The notes under the pieces: model-generated | What the model was told of the DNA's origin: nothing | Database searches by the model: none | What the model saw: only the letters and a program-made list of their open reading frames with translations | Shown: piece after piece, positions 1 to 11,577 of the stretch | Layout of the letters: every line of letters starts with the position of its first letter | Position numbering within the stretch: position 1 is the first letter of the stretch | Made by a program: the position numbers and the translations under genes | From: Cyanophora paradoxa CCMP329 | Taxonomy: Eukaryota > Plantae > Glaucophyta | DNA: 64,000 bases | Reading direction: 5' to 3' | Assembly: GCA_004431415.1 (NCBI GenBank) | Contig: QPMI01000189.1 | Coordinates: 105,493 to 169,492, forward strand

Positions 1-26
1 GGGAAGGGGGGTGGGAGGGGTGCGGG

Positions 27-3000
27 CTAGCCGGTGAAGGCGGAGAAGAGGCCGCCGAGGCGGGAGGCGGGGCGGCGGACGCGGGCGAGCTCCTCGGGCG
101 AGAAGGCGAGCACCGTGGCGATCGCCGGCAGCAGCGCCTCGTGCTCCCCCGTCTCCATGTACTGCCGCCCCCGGCCCCACGTCAGCCGGCCCCGGCGGGC
201 GGGGCGCCGGGGGCGGGGGCGGGCCTTCAGGATGATGTTCTTGAGGTAGGTGAGGTCCACGCGGGAGCGCTCCACCGTCAGGCTCCGCACCTGCGCGCCG
301 GTGTGAGGCGAGGACTGGCTCTGCGGCGGGGGCGAGGGCGCTGGGGCGGGGCCGGGGGGCGGGGGCGGGCCTCGTCCTTGAGCATCTTCTGCTGCTCGAA
401 GAGGAGCGCCTCGAGGGCCTCCTTCTCCCGGATCGTCTCCTCCCGCTCCCGCAGCGCAGCCTCCGCCGCCGCCAGCGCCCCCTGCAGCCGCTCGACCTCC
501 TGCCCCCGCCCTCAGCCCCGCCCCGCCCCAGGCTCGCGGGCGGCGGGCGGGCCTGGGCGGCGCGGAGGACGTCGGCGCTCTCGCGGAGGGCGTCCCGCCG
601 GCGGGCGGGCGCTGGCGCGGGCGAGGATCCCCTCCAGGATCTCCGCGTCCCTCCCCATCACGCCGCCCTGCCCCGCCCCTCCGACCCTGCCGCCCCTCAC
701 GCGGCGCCCAGGGGCGGGCCCAGAGGCGCCCCGCACCGGCGAAGCTCGCGGAGCGCCCGACGGCCTCGCGCTCGGCGCCGGGACGGGCGAGGCGGCGGCG
801 GCGGCGGCGGCGGCGTGCGCGTGGGCGACCTGCACGGTGGCCGCCCCGAGCTGCCGCTCCGCCGCGAGGAGCCGCGCCTGCTGCCGCGCGCTCTCCACGG
901 TCAGCTGCTTGTTCGCCCGCTGCAGCTCCGCCATCCGCTCCTCCAGCTCCGCCACCGCCGCCTCCCGCCGCCCCGCCTCCGCCTCCACCTGCTCCCGCGC
1001 CGCCGCCGCCTCGCGCCGCGCCGCCTCGAGCTCGACCTCCGCTGCGGCGGCCGGCTCGCGGGGCGGGCGGAGGGAAGAGGGGGGAGGGGCGGGGGGGACC
1101 GTCGGCCTTGGCGCGGAGGGCGGCCTCGCGGGCGCGCTCGAGGGCGGCGAGGCGGGCCTGCGTCTCCTCGTGCGCGCGCCGCTCCTCGCCCTTGCGGCGC
1201 TCCTCCCGCTCCTCGTGCTCCCGCACCGCCCGCCGCAGCCGCTCGACCTCCAGGCCCACCCCGCCCTCGTACTCCTCCTTCACGCGCGACAGCTGCCGCA
1301 CCTGCCCGCCACCCGCGTCGGCGCGCAGCGGGGCCGACGAGGGCGACACCACCCCGGCCCCGCCTCGCTGCGTGTCCCGCGCTCCGACCCACCCTGCGGG
1401 CGGGCGGACCTGGGCCTGGGCGGCGTCGAGCTCGTCCTGGAGGGAGCGGAGGGCGGTGGAGAGCTGCTGCTCCTTCTGGCTCAGCGCCAGCTGCGCCTTG
1501 GCCTTGTAGCGCCGCAGCTCCTCGTCGGCCACCTGCGCGTCGCGGCGGGCCTGCGCGAGGGCCCCCTCCGAGACGTAGGCGGCCAGCTCGAGCTCCCGCA
1601 CGCGGTCCTGCATCCGCTGCCCCGCCTCCTCCCGCTCCCGCGCCGCCGCGATCCGCTCCGCCTCCACCCGCGCCTCCGCCTCCGCCAGCGCCACCTCCCC
1701 CTCCCGCCCCCGCGCCTCCCCGCCCGCCCCTCAGCCCCCCCGGCAAGGAACACCCGACACGCCCCCCGCCGCACCTTGGCCTCGGCGAGGGCGGCCTCGG
1801 CGGCGGCCCGGGCGGCCTCGGCGGCGGCGAGGGCGGCGGCGGAGTCGGCGGCGGCCTTCTCGGCGGCGGTGGCGCGGGCGGTGAGCTCCGTCATCTTGAC
1901 CTGCGAGAACTTCTTGAACTTGTCGAGCGTCGCCTGCTTCTCCCCGCCGCCTTCTGCAGGCCCGTCACCTCGCCCTCCAGCTCCGCCACCCGCCCCATCT
2001 GCTCCGCCAGCCGCTCCGACGCCCCCGCCAGCTCCCCTCCAGCTCCCGCACCCGCGCCGCCGCCGCCTCCCGCCCGCCTCGCCCTCCTCCGTCAGCGCCG
2101 GCATGCCCGGTCCACCGAGCGGGGCGCCGCCGCCCGCGCTGCCTCCAGCTCGCTTCGCAGAGCCGCGAGGGCCCGCTCGTGCGCCGCGGCGGCCGCCGCC
2201 TTGGCCCGCCGCTCCTCCTCGAGGCGCCCCGTCAGCTCCTGCGCCTCGTGCCGCAGAGCCCTGGCGCCCTGTCAGGCCCCTCCGCCCGGGGGCACTCGCG
2301 CGGGAGGGACGGGAGCGCACTCGAGCTCAGCCGCCGCTGAGGCGGCCCCCGCCTCCGCCGTCGCTGCGGAGCGCTTCCGCGCCGCCTCCGCCTCGCGCTT
2401 GGCCGCCTCGAGCTGCTGCTGCGCCGCCGCCGCCTTCGCCTCCGCCTCCTCCCACGCCTTGCTCACCTGCGCGCCGCGTCGCGCCCCGCCGCCCTCTCGG
2501 GAGGCAGCGGAAGGGAAGCGAGGGGGCACCATGGCGAGGCTCTCCTCCATCTCCTGGACGCGCGCCTGGGCGGCGGGGCCCTGGGCGCCGCGCGCGTGCT
2601 TCCCGGCGGCCGCGTCGGCGCGCAGGGCGGCGAGCTCGTCGCGGCGGCGGCGAGGTCGGCGCGGGCGCGGGCCGCGTCGGCGTGGGCGGCCTCGAGGTCG
2701 GCCTCGGCGGCGTCGGCGCGGCCCTCGAGCTGCTGGCACGCCGCCTGCAGCGACGCCACCTCCGACTCCAGCTGCCCCGCCCGCACCCCCTCCCCGCCTC
2801 CGCCCCGCGCCCGCCGCCGCCGCCGCGCGCGCCTCGTCCCGCTCCCGCGTCAGCTCGGCAATCTGCGCCTCCAGACCCGCGAACTTCTTTTTGGAGAGGA
2901 GCTTCAGCTTCTCGAGCTGCGCCCGCGCCTCCCCGCTCTCCTTCTGCGCCGCCGCCGCCGCCGCCTCCAGCTCCGCAGCGCGCTCGCCGCCGCCCGAGCC

Positions 3001-6000
3001 GGCAGCCTCGCGCGCCTCGACGGCCTCCGCGAGGGCGGCCCGCAGGCGCGTCGCCTCGGCCGCCCCCTCCCCTAGTTCGCCCCGCAGCCGCGCCACCTCG
3101 GCCTCCAGACCGGCGACTTGGCCCTCGTACTCCGCGTTCATCGCCCGCGCCCCTGCCGCCGCCTCCTCTTGCGCACGCACAGCGGCCGCCTCCGCCTCCT
3201 CCCGCGCCTTGGTCGCCGCCGCGAGCTCGCCCTCCAGCGCGCTCACGCGCTCCTGCAGCTGCTCGGCCACCTCGCCGGCGCCCGCCGCCGCTGCCACGCG
3301 CGCCTCCGCCTCCTCCCGCGCCTTGGTCGCCGCCGCGAGCTCGCCCTCCAGCGCGCTCACGCGCTCCTGCAGCTGCTCGGCCACCTCGCCGGCGCCCGCC
3401 GCCGCTGCCACGCGCGCCTCCGCCTCCTCCCGCGCCTTGGTCGCCGCCGCGAGCTCGCCCTCCAGCGCGTTCACGCGCTCCTGCAGCTGCTCGGCCGCCT
3501 CGCCGGCGCCCGCCGCCGCTGCCACGCGCGCCTCCGCCTCCTCCCGCGCCTTGGTCGCCGCCGCGAGCTCGCCCTCCAGCGCGCTCACGCGCTCCTGCAG
3601 CTGCTCGGCCGCCTCGCCGGCGCCCGCCGCCGCTGCCACGCGCGCCTCCGCCTCCTCCCGCGCCTTGGTCGCCGCCGCGAGCTCGCCCTCCAGTGCGCTC
3701 ACGCGCTCCTGCAGCTGCTCGGCCGCCTCGCCGGCGCCCGCCGCCGCTGCCACGCGCGCCTCCGCCTCCTCCCGCGCCTTGGTCGCCGCCGCGAGCTCGG
3801 CCTCCAGCGCGCTCACGCGCTCCTGCAGCTGCTCGGCCGCCTCGCCGGCGCCCGCCGCCGCTGCCACGCGCGCCTCCGCCTCCTCCCGCGCCTTGGTCGC
3901 CGCCGCGAGCTCGCCCTCCAGTGCGCTCACGCGCTCCTGCAGCTGCTCGGCCGCCTCGCCGGCGCCCGCCGCCGCTGCCACGCGCGCCTCCGCCTCCTCC
4001 CGCGCCTTGGTCGCCGCCGCGAGCTCGGCCTCCAGCGCGCTCACGCGCTCCTGCAGCTGCTCGGCCGCCTCGCCGGCGCCCGCCGCCGCTGCCACGCGCG
4101 CCTCCGCCTCCTCCCGCGCCTTGGTCGCCGCCGCGAGCTCGCCCTCCAGTGCGCTCACGCGCTCCTGCAGCTGCTCGGCCGCCTCGCCGGCGCCCGCCGC
4201 CGCTGCCACGCGCGCCTCCGCCTCCTCCCGCGCCTTGGTCGCCGCCGCGAGCTCGGCCTCCAGCGCGCTCACGCGCTCCTGCAGCTGCTCGGCCACCTCG
4301 CCGGCGCCCGCCGCCGCTGCCACGCGCGCCTCCGCCTCCTCCCGCGCCTTGGTCGCCGCCGCGAGCTCGCCCTCCAGTGCGCTCACGCGCTCCTGCAGCT
4401 GCTCGGCCGCCTCGCCGGCGCCCGCCGCCGCTGCCACGCGCGCCTCCGCCTCCTCCCGCGCCTTGGTCGCCGCCGCGAGCTCGCCCTCCAGTGCGCTCAC
4501 GCGCTCCTGCAGCTGCTCGGCCGCCTCGCCGGCGCCCGCCGCCGCTGCCACGCGCGCCTCCGCCTCCTCCCGCGCCTTGGTCGCCGCCGCGAGCTCGCCC
4601 TCCAGCGCGCTCACGCGCTCCTGCAGCTGCTCGGCCGCCTCGCCGGCGCCCGCCGCCGCTGCCACGCGCGCCTCCGCCTCCTCCCGCGCCTTGGTCGCCG
4701 CCGCGAGCTCGCCCTCCAGTGCGCTCACGCGCTCCTGCAGCTGCTCGGCCGCCTCGCCGGCGCCCGCCGCCGCTGCCACGCGCGCCTCCGCCTCCTCCCG
4801 CGCCTTGGTCGCCGCCGCGAGCTCGCCCTCCAGTGCGCTCACGCGCTCCTGCAGCTGCTCGGCCGCCTCGCCGGCGCCCGCCGCCGCTGCCACGCGCGCC
4901 TCCGCCTCCTCCCGCGCCTTGGTCGCCGCCGCGAGCTCGCCCTCCAGCGCGCTCACGCGCTCCTGCAGCTGCTCGGCCGCCTCGCCGGCGCCCGCCGCCG
5001 CTGCCACGCGCGCCTCCGCCTCCTCCCGCGCCTTGGTCGCCGCCGCGAGCTGCTCTTCCAGGCTCGACGCTCGCTTCGACGCCTCCGCCGCCGCCGCTTC
5101 TGCGGCCGATGCGCTGGCCTTGCTCTGGGCGCGCGCCGCCTCCAGCTCGCTCTCGAGCTTGGCGATCTGCACCGCCGGCGGGTTAGCCACGGCCGGCGGC
5201 AGTGCGGGCAACGGACACACGGTCGCCTGGAGCGCGGCGCTGGCAGTCTGGGCGTCGGCGTCGGCCTGCTGCGCGGCGCGGAGCTGCTCCTCGAAGGCGT
5301 GGGCCTGCCGCCGCGAGTCGGGCGCCGGTCGCGGCGGCAGAAGGCGGGCCCCCGCGCACCTTCGCAATCGCCTCCTCGGCGTGCGACTTGGCCTCTGCGA
5401 GCGCCGCCTCCAGCGCCTGGGCCTGCGGGGGTGCTCAAGGAGGGGGGCGGAGGCGGCGGGGGCGCCCCGCGCGCACCCGCTCGGCCTTGGCTGCGGTGAG
5501 CTCCTCCTCCAACGAAGCCGCCTTTGCTTCGGCCGCTTCCCGCAGCCGGAGCAGCTCCGCCGCCCGCTCGGCCGCCTCGCGCAGCGTCCCCTGCACTGCC
5601 TCCGCGCTCTTCGCGGCCGCCTCGAGCTCCTCTCCCCGCTTCTGCGCCTCCGACAGGGCCGCCGTACGATCTTCGATGGTCTTCTGCGCTGCTGCAATCT
5701 CTGATGCCGCCGCCTCGAGCTTCGCTGTGAGCGCCTGGACGATGTGTGCCGACTTGTCGACTTCAGCCTTGAGAGCGTCCCGCTCCTCCCGCAGGCCCGC
5801 CGCCTCATTCTTCACCGCTTCAAGTTCCGCCGTCAACGCGCTGCTTGCGCTGTCTCCGCCCGAACCAGCCGCGCCCTGGGTTGCCACCACTCGAGCCGCC
5901 TCCAACTCCTTCGTCAAGTCCGCGATTTGGGTTTCGAGCGTCTTGAACTTGTTCTTGGCCACAACTTTGAAGCGCTCTAGCTGAGCCTTCGCCTCTGTGC

Positions 6001-6225
6001 ATTCCTTCTGCGAGGTCGCCAAGGCGGCGGCCAGATCTGTGTGGCGCGTTGGCGGGGGCGCGTCTGCGCTAGAGCGTCATCGCGGCGCACCGCCGGACCC
6101 ATCGGACGCGTTTATGTCCTGCCATCCGTCGCCGTCCTGTGAAAACCAGGCCGTGAGACGTCGCGTGGTCGAATCGATGCGCTATAGCAACCTATCGTTC
6201 CGAACGCACCGCCATCGGCGGAAAG
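27..6225 (-). CDS. GRIP-domain golgin-like coiled-coil protein (multi-exon)
   Basis: Long Ala/Glu-rich coiled-coil exons. After removing a GC-AG intron the C-terminus reads VDLTYLKNIILK|YMETGEHEALLPAIATVLAFSPEELARV, matching the GRIP domain pattern. Start inferred at ATG 6225 followed by a GT-AG intron. Confidence 0.75.
3190..5050 (-). repeat. 114-bp coding tandem repeat, ~16 full units (38 aa: AAATKAREEAEARVAAAAGAGEAAEQLQERVSALEGEL)
   Basis: The motif ttggtcgccgccgcgagct recurs every 114 nt from ~3209 to ~5033 (17 occurrences). Units are nearly identical and in frame with the golgin. Confidence 0.95.
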
Positions 6226-6444
6226 CAGCGCTTCAGACGGGCTGAGACGGGCTACTCAGACGGCCAAACGGGGGGTACCCTCATCAACTGTTGCCACAGT
6301 TTTGGCTTCCTCGAGCTCGGATAGCAGCGTTTCCCACCGCAGCCGAGTTTCTTGGTGAGCTGCGACAGAGGCTAACTGTTTTGAAGAGAGAGATTCTGAT
6401 CGGCGCCCAGAGCAAGAACAAGCACGCGACAGTCACTCGTAGCC

Positions 6445-8404
6445 ATGGGAGATGATGCGCCACCTATCTCGAACTACAAGGCAAACATCGCCGCCTCGCC
6501 CGACCGCGCTGGCCCCTGCAGCTAAACCTGGCGCAGGGGGTCATGTTGTGCGACAGGCCCAGCGGCGATGGCGGCGCGTACGGACGGTGCGCCGTAGTCT
6601 TGCCTATGGCGCCATTCATAGACTCAACGCGCTGCGCTCGCAGGTCCGGAAGGGAAGGAGGGCCGACGGCTTTCGTGAGCCGGGTCACGCCGCACGAGCC
6701 CATAGGCTGGAATCCCGTAAAGAAGGAGAACCCACACTTAGAAGAACCGAAGAAGAAGACTAGCGGTGCGTGCGACTCGGTTGCAGCCCTATGCGGCCAC
6801 TGAGGACCTGCAGGTTCGGTGGACGCTCTGACGAGGCACAAGAAGTGGCTTCGGGAGTTGCGGGAATACAAAAGGAGGTTAGCTGTGGAGGAGGAGCTGA
6901 TGCAGAATGAGGCGGAGGAGAAGAGGAAGAAGGTCGGCGCGACCCGTCCGCGTGGCCTTCCTCATCCTGACGCCGGCGCAGTTCACGGAGTACCAGAAGC
7001 AGATGCGGGATCTGATCAGGAAGGGAAAGAGCATCGTGAAGGGGAAAGGTGGGCAGCGGCAGGGCGACGCGGCGCGGGCTGGCTGGCGGGGCGGGGCGCG
7101 AGCCGGCGGGGCGCAGAGCCGGAGCTGGACCCGGAGGAGCTTGTGCGGCAGGCGCAGGAGCAGCTGGGGATGGGGAGTCTGGCGGCGGACGTGGTGGCCG
7201 ACGTGCTGGCCGAGGCGCCGACGGTGCCGGCGAGGAAGGCGGAGAAGAAGGGGAAGAAGGAGAAGAAGGAGCGGCCGGCGTGGGCGCTCACCGAGGGCGA
7301 GCTGGCCCGCCAGGAGGAGGACGAGGCGGACGACCTCATCAACTTCGCCACCGGTCTCGACTTCGACCGCTGTCCGCTCCACTCCCCGGCCTCCTCCTGC
7401 GCTGCTCTCGCTCTGCTGAGCGGCGGGGCAGACATGGAGGACATGGAGGTGCGGCAGAAGATCAAGCAGATCCGGCAGCGCGTCAAGGAGCTCGCCGAGG
7501 AGCGCAAGGCCGAGCACCTCGCCGCCGCCGCCGCAGCAGCAGCAGCAGACGACGCCAGCGGCGGCGAGGGCGCCTCGGGCAGCAGCGGCGGCGAGGGCGG
7601 CGCCTCGGAGGGCGAGGCACCCGCCTACGCCCGCCCCACGCACAGTGCGCCGGCCCGAGCGCGTGTGCGCGCAAGGCGTCGCCTGCGCGCTGCCTGACCC
7701 CGCCTGCCTCGTCCAGCGTCGGCCTCGCGCGTGCGGACAGCAGCGGCGACGGCGCCGCCGCCGCCGGCGACGGCGGGCGAGGGGACGCGGTGCGGGGGCG
7801 GGGCGGGGGGCGGGGGCGGGTCTGAGGCGGGGCGGGGCGGGGCGCAGGCGGCGGCGGGGAAGCTGGCGGAGCGAAAGGAGGCGGAGCGCATCCTGCAGAG
7901 CTCCCACGTGCGCCCGCGCCGCCCCTCTCTCGAAGCCTCCCGCCCTCCCGGGGCTGAGGGCGGCGAGCGCAGAAGCTGCGGAGCGTGCACTCGCCGGCCT
8001 CCATCAAGAGCATCATGGAGGAGATCAAAGAGAAGAAGGCCAAGTGCGCGGCGACCCCCCGCCCCCCCCCCCCCCCCGCGCCGCTCTTTTCCGCACGGCC
8101 GACAAGAGGCGGCAGGCAGCCCTCGCAGCCGGCTATTCCCGAGGAGCCCAACGTCCTTGTACTACCCGAGGTGCGCCCAGGCCCGCCCGCACCCGGCCCG
8201 CCCGCCCGGCGCCCCTCAGGAGTGGCGCGTAGGGTGTGCGGGCGTGACCGCGCCTGACGGCGGCGGGCGGGCGGCGCGCAGCGGGACAAGTCGCCGCCGA
8301 AGTACGTGCGGGTGGAGAAGAAGGAGGGGGCGGCGGCCGGGCGAGCTGCCGCCGCCAGGGACGGCTCCAACCTCCCCTTCCTCCACAGGCACCCCGGCGT
8401 CTGA
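6445..8404 (+). CDS. Uncharacterised multi-exon protein (charged/coiled-coil)
   Basis: Spliced reading MGDDAPPISNYK|GVMLCDRP...LTRHKKWLREL...RPAWALTE...ADDLINFATGLDFD...HSPASIKSI...NLPFLHRHPGV*. Exons are joined by short introns. Function not recognised. Confidence 0.6.
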
Positions 8405-9527
8405 GCGCCCGGGTCCCCTGCTCCCGTTTGGAAGCACCAATTCATTCCCGGGTTCCTGCGGTGTCGTCCAGTGCCTGGGGAGATCTAGATGGACACATCC
8501 GGGGGAGCCCGTGTCGCATCCCCCTTCAGCCTTGCCCCGCGAGCCCCGTGCCCGTGGGGGACCACGGGGGGACAGTGGGGGTTCCTTTGGCTCCCAGCCA
8601 CGTGCAGTCACGTGCGAGGCCTGCGGATCGCCCAACGACGCCCACATCCAGATCCGATGCGTATCACACTGTGACAGTCTTGCGAATTCCAATTCCATGC
8701 AGTTTGCGCACTGAGCAGTGAGCATGCATGTGGATCATGATTCAGGAATTATAAGGATACGTCGTGTACTAGTCGGTTCGGTACGTATACGTATACGGGT
8801 CGATTTGCGACTCTAGATGGCTCCGGGATCCTGGCAGCCTCTCCGCCGGACCGCCGCGGCCCTCGAGCTCCGCCGGGCCCGGGCCTCCGGAGGCTCCGGA
8901 GCCTGCAATTGTGCAGGCCCGGCAAATTGGGGCGGCAATTCGATATTCATGGAATATGCCATATCGACATGCGTTTGAAGCTGGAGGGGCGCGGCGCCGG
9001 CAAGCGAAACTGAAACGTTAAGCCGCGCTTTGCGCCTGTTCGATTCGTTGTGCTCGTACCCCTCAATTCATCCCCCCTGATCGAAGAGCGTGGGCGCCAG
9101 GTTCAAGCCTTGAAGAAAAAGGAAGGCGCCGCGGCGGCCAGGGTCAGGAGAAGCGACCAGCGCAGCGGCCAGGACCAGGAAGATCAGCACCGCGCACCAA
9201 GGTAACTGCCCCGCTGGTGCATCGTGTGGCGCTTCCCGACGAGTTCCGGCAGTTCTGGTTTGAATCCTCCATCCAATCTTGCGACTTTCTTCGCTCCCAA
9301 CAATGCAGGTTGCCGGTGAGTGCGAGAGCTCCGCAATGGATCAGCGCGTCCGCGCGCGTTCGTTCCAGCGTTGGCCCGCCCCGTCTGTTTAAATGTGATG
9401 TATAACTTCTCTTGCATCGGATTTTGATCTTATACGCCGCGCCAAAATTCCCCGTGTCGCCTTGAGGATGCGGCCAAATGGACGCGCGCCTGGGGCTGGC
9501 TGACGCTCGTGAGCGATTGCAGGATCA

Positions 9528-10642
9528 ATGCATGGTTTGGCGAGCAGCTTCAAGCCCCGCCCCGCCGCCCTGATCACCGAGGATGGCCGAGGATTCCGGA
9601 CGGGCAAGTCGGCTTGGTGCAAAGTGCCAGGTCGTGGCCGTCGTCGATCGCGCGATGAAGGAGTCATCTGCGGCACTCGGGATCACACACTCCTGGAGAT
9701 CGCCGACTCGAACAAGCAAGACGCGCCCGAGATCTGGCTCCTCAATTCATGCAAGAAGCTTCGCGGGGCAGAGAATGCCGCGCGGGGCGCGTCGGGGGTG
9801 AGTCTGCGTCCCGTTGACGCGCCGCGCGTGCCGGTTGGGAGTTCCTGACGGGATGACCGCAGGCGCGATCGCCTGACCCCGCCCGCGAGATCGCGGCGCG
9901 GTGCTTCACGCCCGTCGCCTTCTCTCCGGCGCTGGCCTCGCCTGCGCGGGGCCTCCCGCCGCGGCCGCCCTCCTCGTCCGCCTCGCTCTGCGCCTCGGCG
10001 CACTCGACCCCCGGGCGCTCCCCCGCGCGCCGATCCCGCCACGAGTCCACCCCGCCCTCCCCTCTCTTCGGGCACGCCTCCGACTGCAGCCCCTCGCGCC
10101 GCCCCTGCAGCCCGGCGTACCCCCCGCCCAGCAGCCCCCTCATGCGCCGGCCCTGCAGCCCGGCGCCGCGCCCGCCGTGCAGCCCGGCTCGGGGCGGGCG
10201 CTCGGGGCGGAGCGTGACGCCGCAGCGGCTCTTCGGCTCGACGGCCTTCGGGCTGCACGGGTTCCTCGCCTCGCTCGGCCACGTGCGCGCCCCAACCGCC
10301 CCCCCCCCCCCCCGCCTCACCCGCCCGCCCCCTCAGGACGACGACGAGCTGCTCGGCATCGACGGCCCCTCGGACGAGCGCCTCGCCACGCCGCCCTTCG
10401 ACACCGGCCGCCGCTGGTCCGACCTCTCCCTCGCCCGCGAGGCCGGCCCCATGTTCTCCGTGCGCCCCCCGCCTTCCCCGCCCGGCCCCTCGGAGCGCCG
10501 CTGACGCGAACCGCAGCCGCCGGCGCTCGACGCCGACAGCGCCGCGAAGCTGCGCGGCGGCCTACAGCTGCACGCCCCCGTCGCCATCCGCCGTCCGCCG
10601 CCTTCTGCCCCGCCCCCCGCGACCTCGACCCTCAAGCATTGA
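9528..10642 (+). CDS. Ser/Pro-rich hypothetical protein (multi-exon)
   Basis: ORF 9528 continues through a GTGAGT...CTGAC...CAG intron into SP-rich exons and stops at 10640-10642. No domain recognised. Confidence 0.35.
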
Positions 10643-11577
10643 GCACGGCGAGACCCCGTATGAGATTTAGGCCATGACTCGTCTTTTTTGAATTCGTCTC
10701 GATCCTCTTTTTCAAGGAACTTCGCTCTTTTTAAAGGACCTCGCGTCCACCTCTTGTACAGCACAGGCGCCGCCAGTCAGTGCGAAGTCCAGTAGGCTTC
10801 GATATCACTTTATATGCATAAGCTTCCCGACATTCAATCGGAGCTAGGTTTGTAGGTTTTTGCTTCCCGCTTACTTGTGTAGTTGATCACACAGCCGCTG
10901 AATTGCGGTTGAGCCTTGAGTCGTTCCCTGAGTGTATGCATGCTCGATCTATCTAGATCTGTACTTGCAATATGTATTCCGCATCTTGGTGTTAACGTTG
11001 GCGGATAAGGTAATCAAATTCGATCGCAAAGATCAAATCGAAGCTTAAGCCATCTACCCGGCGGGGTACGGCGTCGGAAAGGCGTGTGGCCGCTCGAACT
11101 TGATCCGGAGCTTGTCCTGCTTGAGCTGCACAGCGCGAAAGCCCCGAGCTAGCGAGGCTGCTTAGTGCGAGCTACGAGTTATCCGGTCGATGCCCGCACA
11201 ACAGGGCACAGCCAGGAGCGGGCGGCTCGCGCGAGCGCCAGCGAGGCGATTCAATTGCACATTCCAGTGCACCGATGATGTTCCGATCGTAGCCTGCCCT
11301 CCCCAGACGCTACTGGAGGTTCGCTGTCCGAGCGCGCGCGCGGTGGGCTAGCGCGGTAGCTTTAGCTGGAGCCGTTAGCATCCGCGAAGAGCCCGAGAAC
11401 GTCGCACGGGATGCGATCGTATGCGATCGGGATGCGTCGCACCAATCGACCCGTACGCAGATCGGCTGGCGCGCGCCACGGGAGGGGAGGTCGAGGCGCG
11501 GCTGGGGCCGGCGATCTGGCAGAGGGGGAGAGGCACAGGAAGCGGAGCGCGAAGGATGGCTGAGCTCCGCGCTGGGG

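Noticed and set aside
3190-5050. Regular repeat array as a possible CRISPR
   Set aside because: Units are contiguous with no unique spacers, are in-frame coding, and no cas genes are present.
141-5704. Very long plus-strand ORFs (1681, 1629 and 793 aa) and many similar Arg/Pro/Gly-rich ORFs in host DNA
   Set aside because: These are antisense or off-frame shadows of real genes. Stop codons are rare at this GC content and within the tandem repeat.
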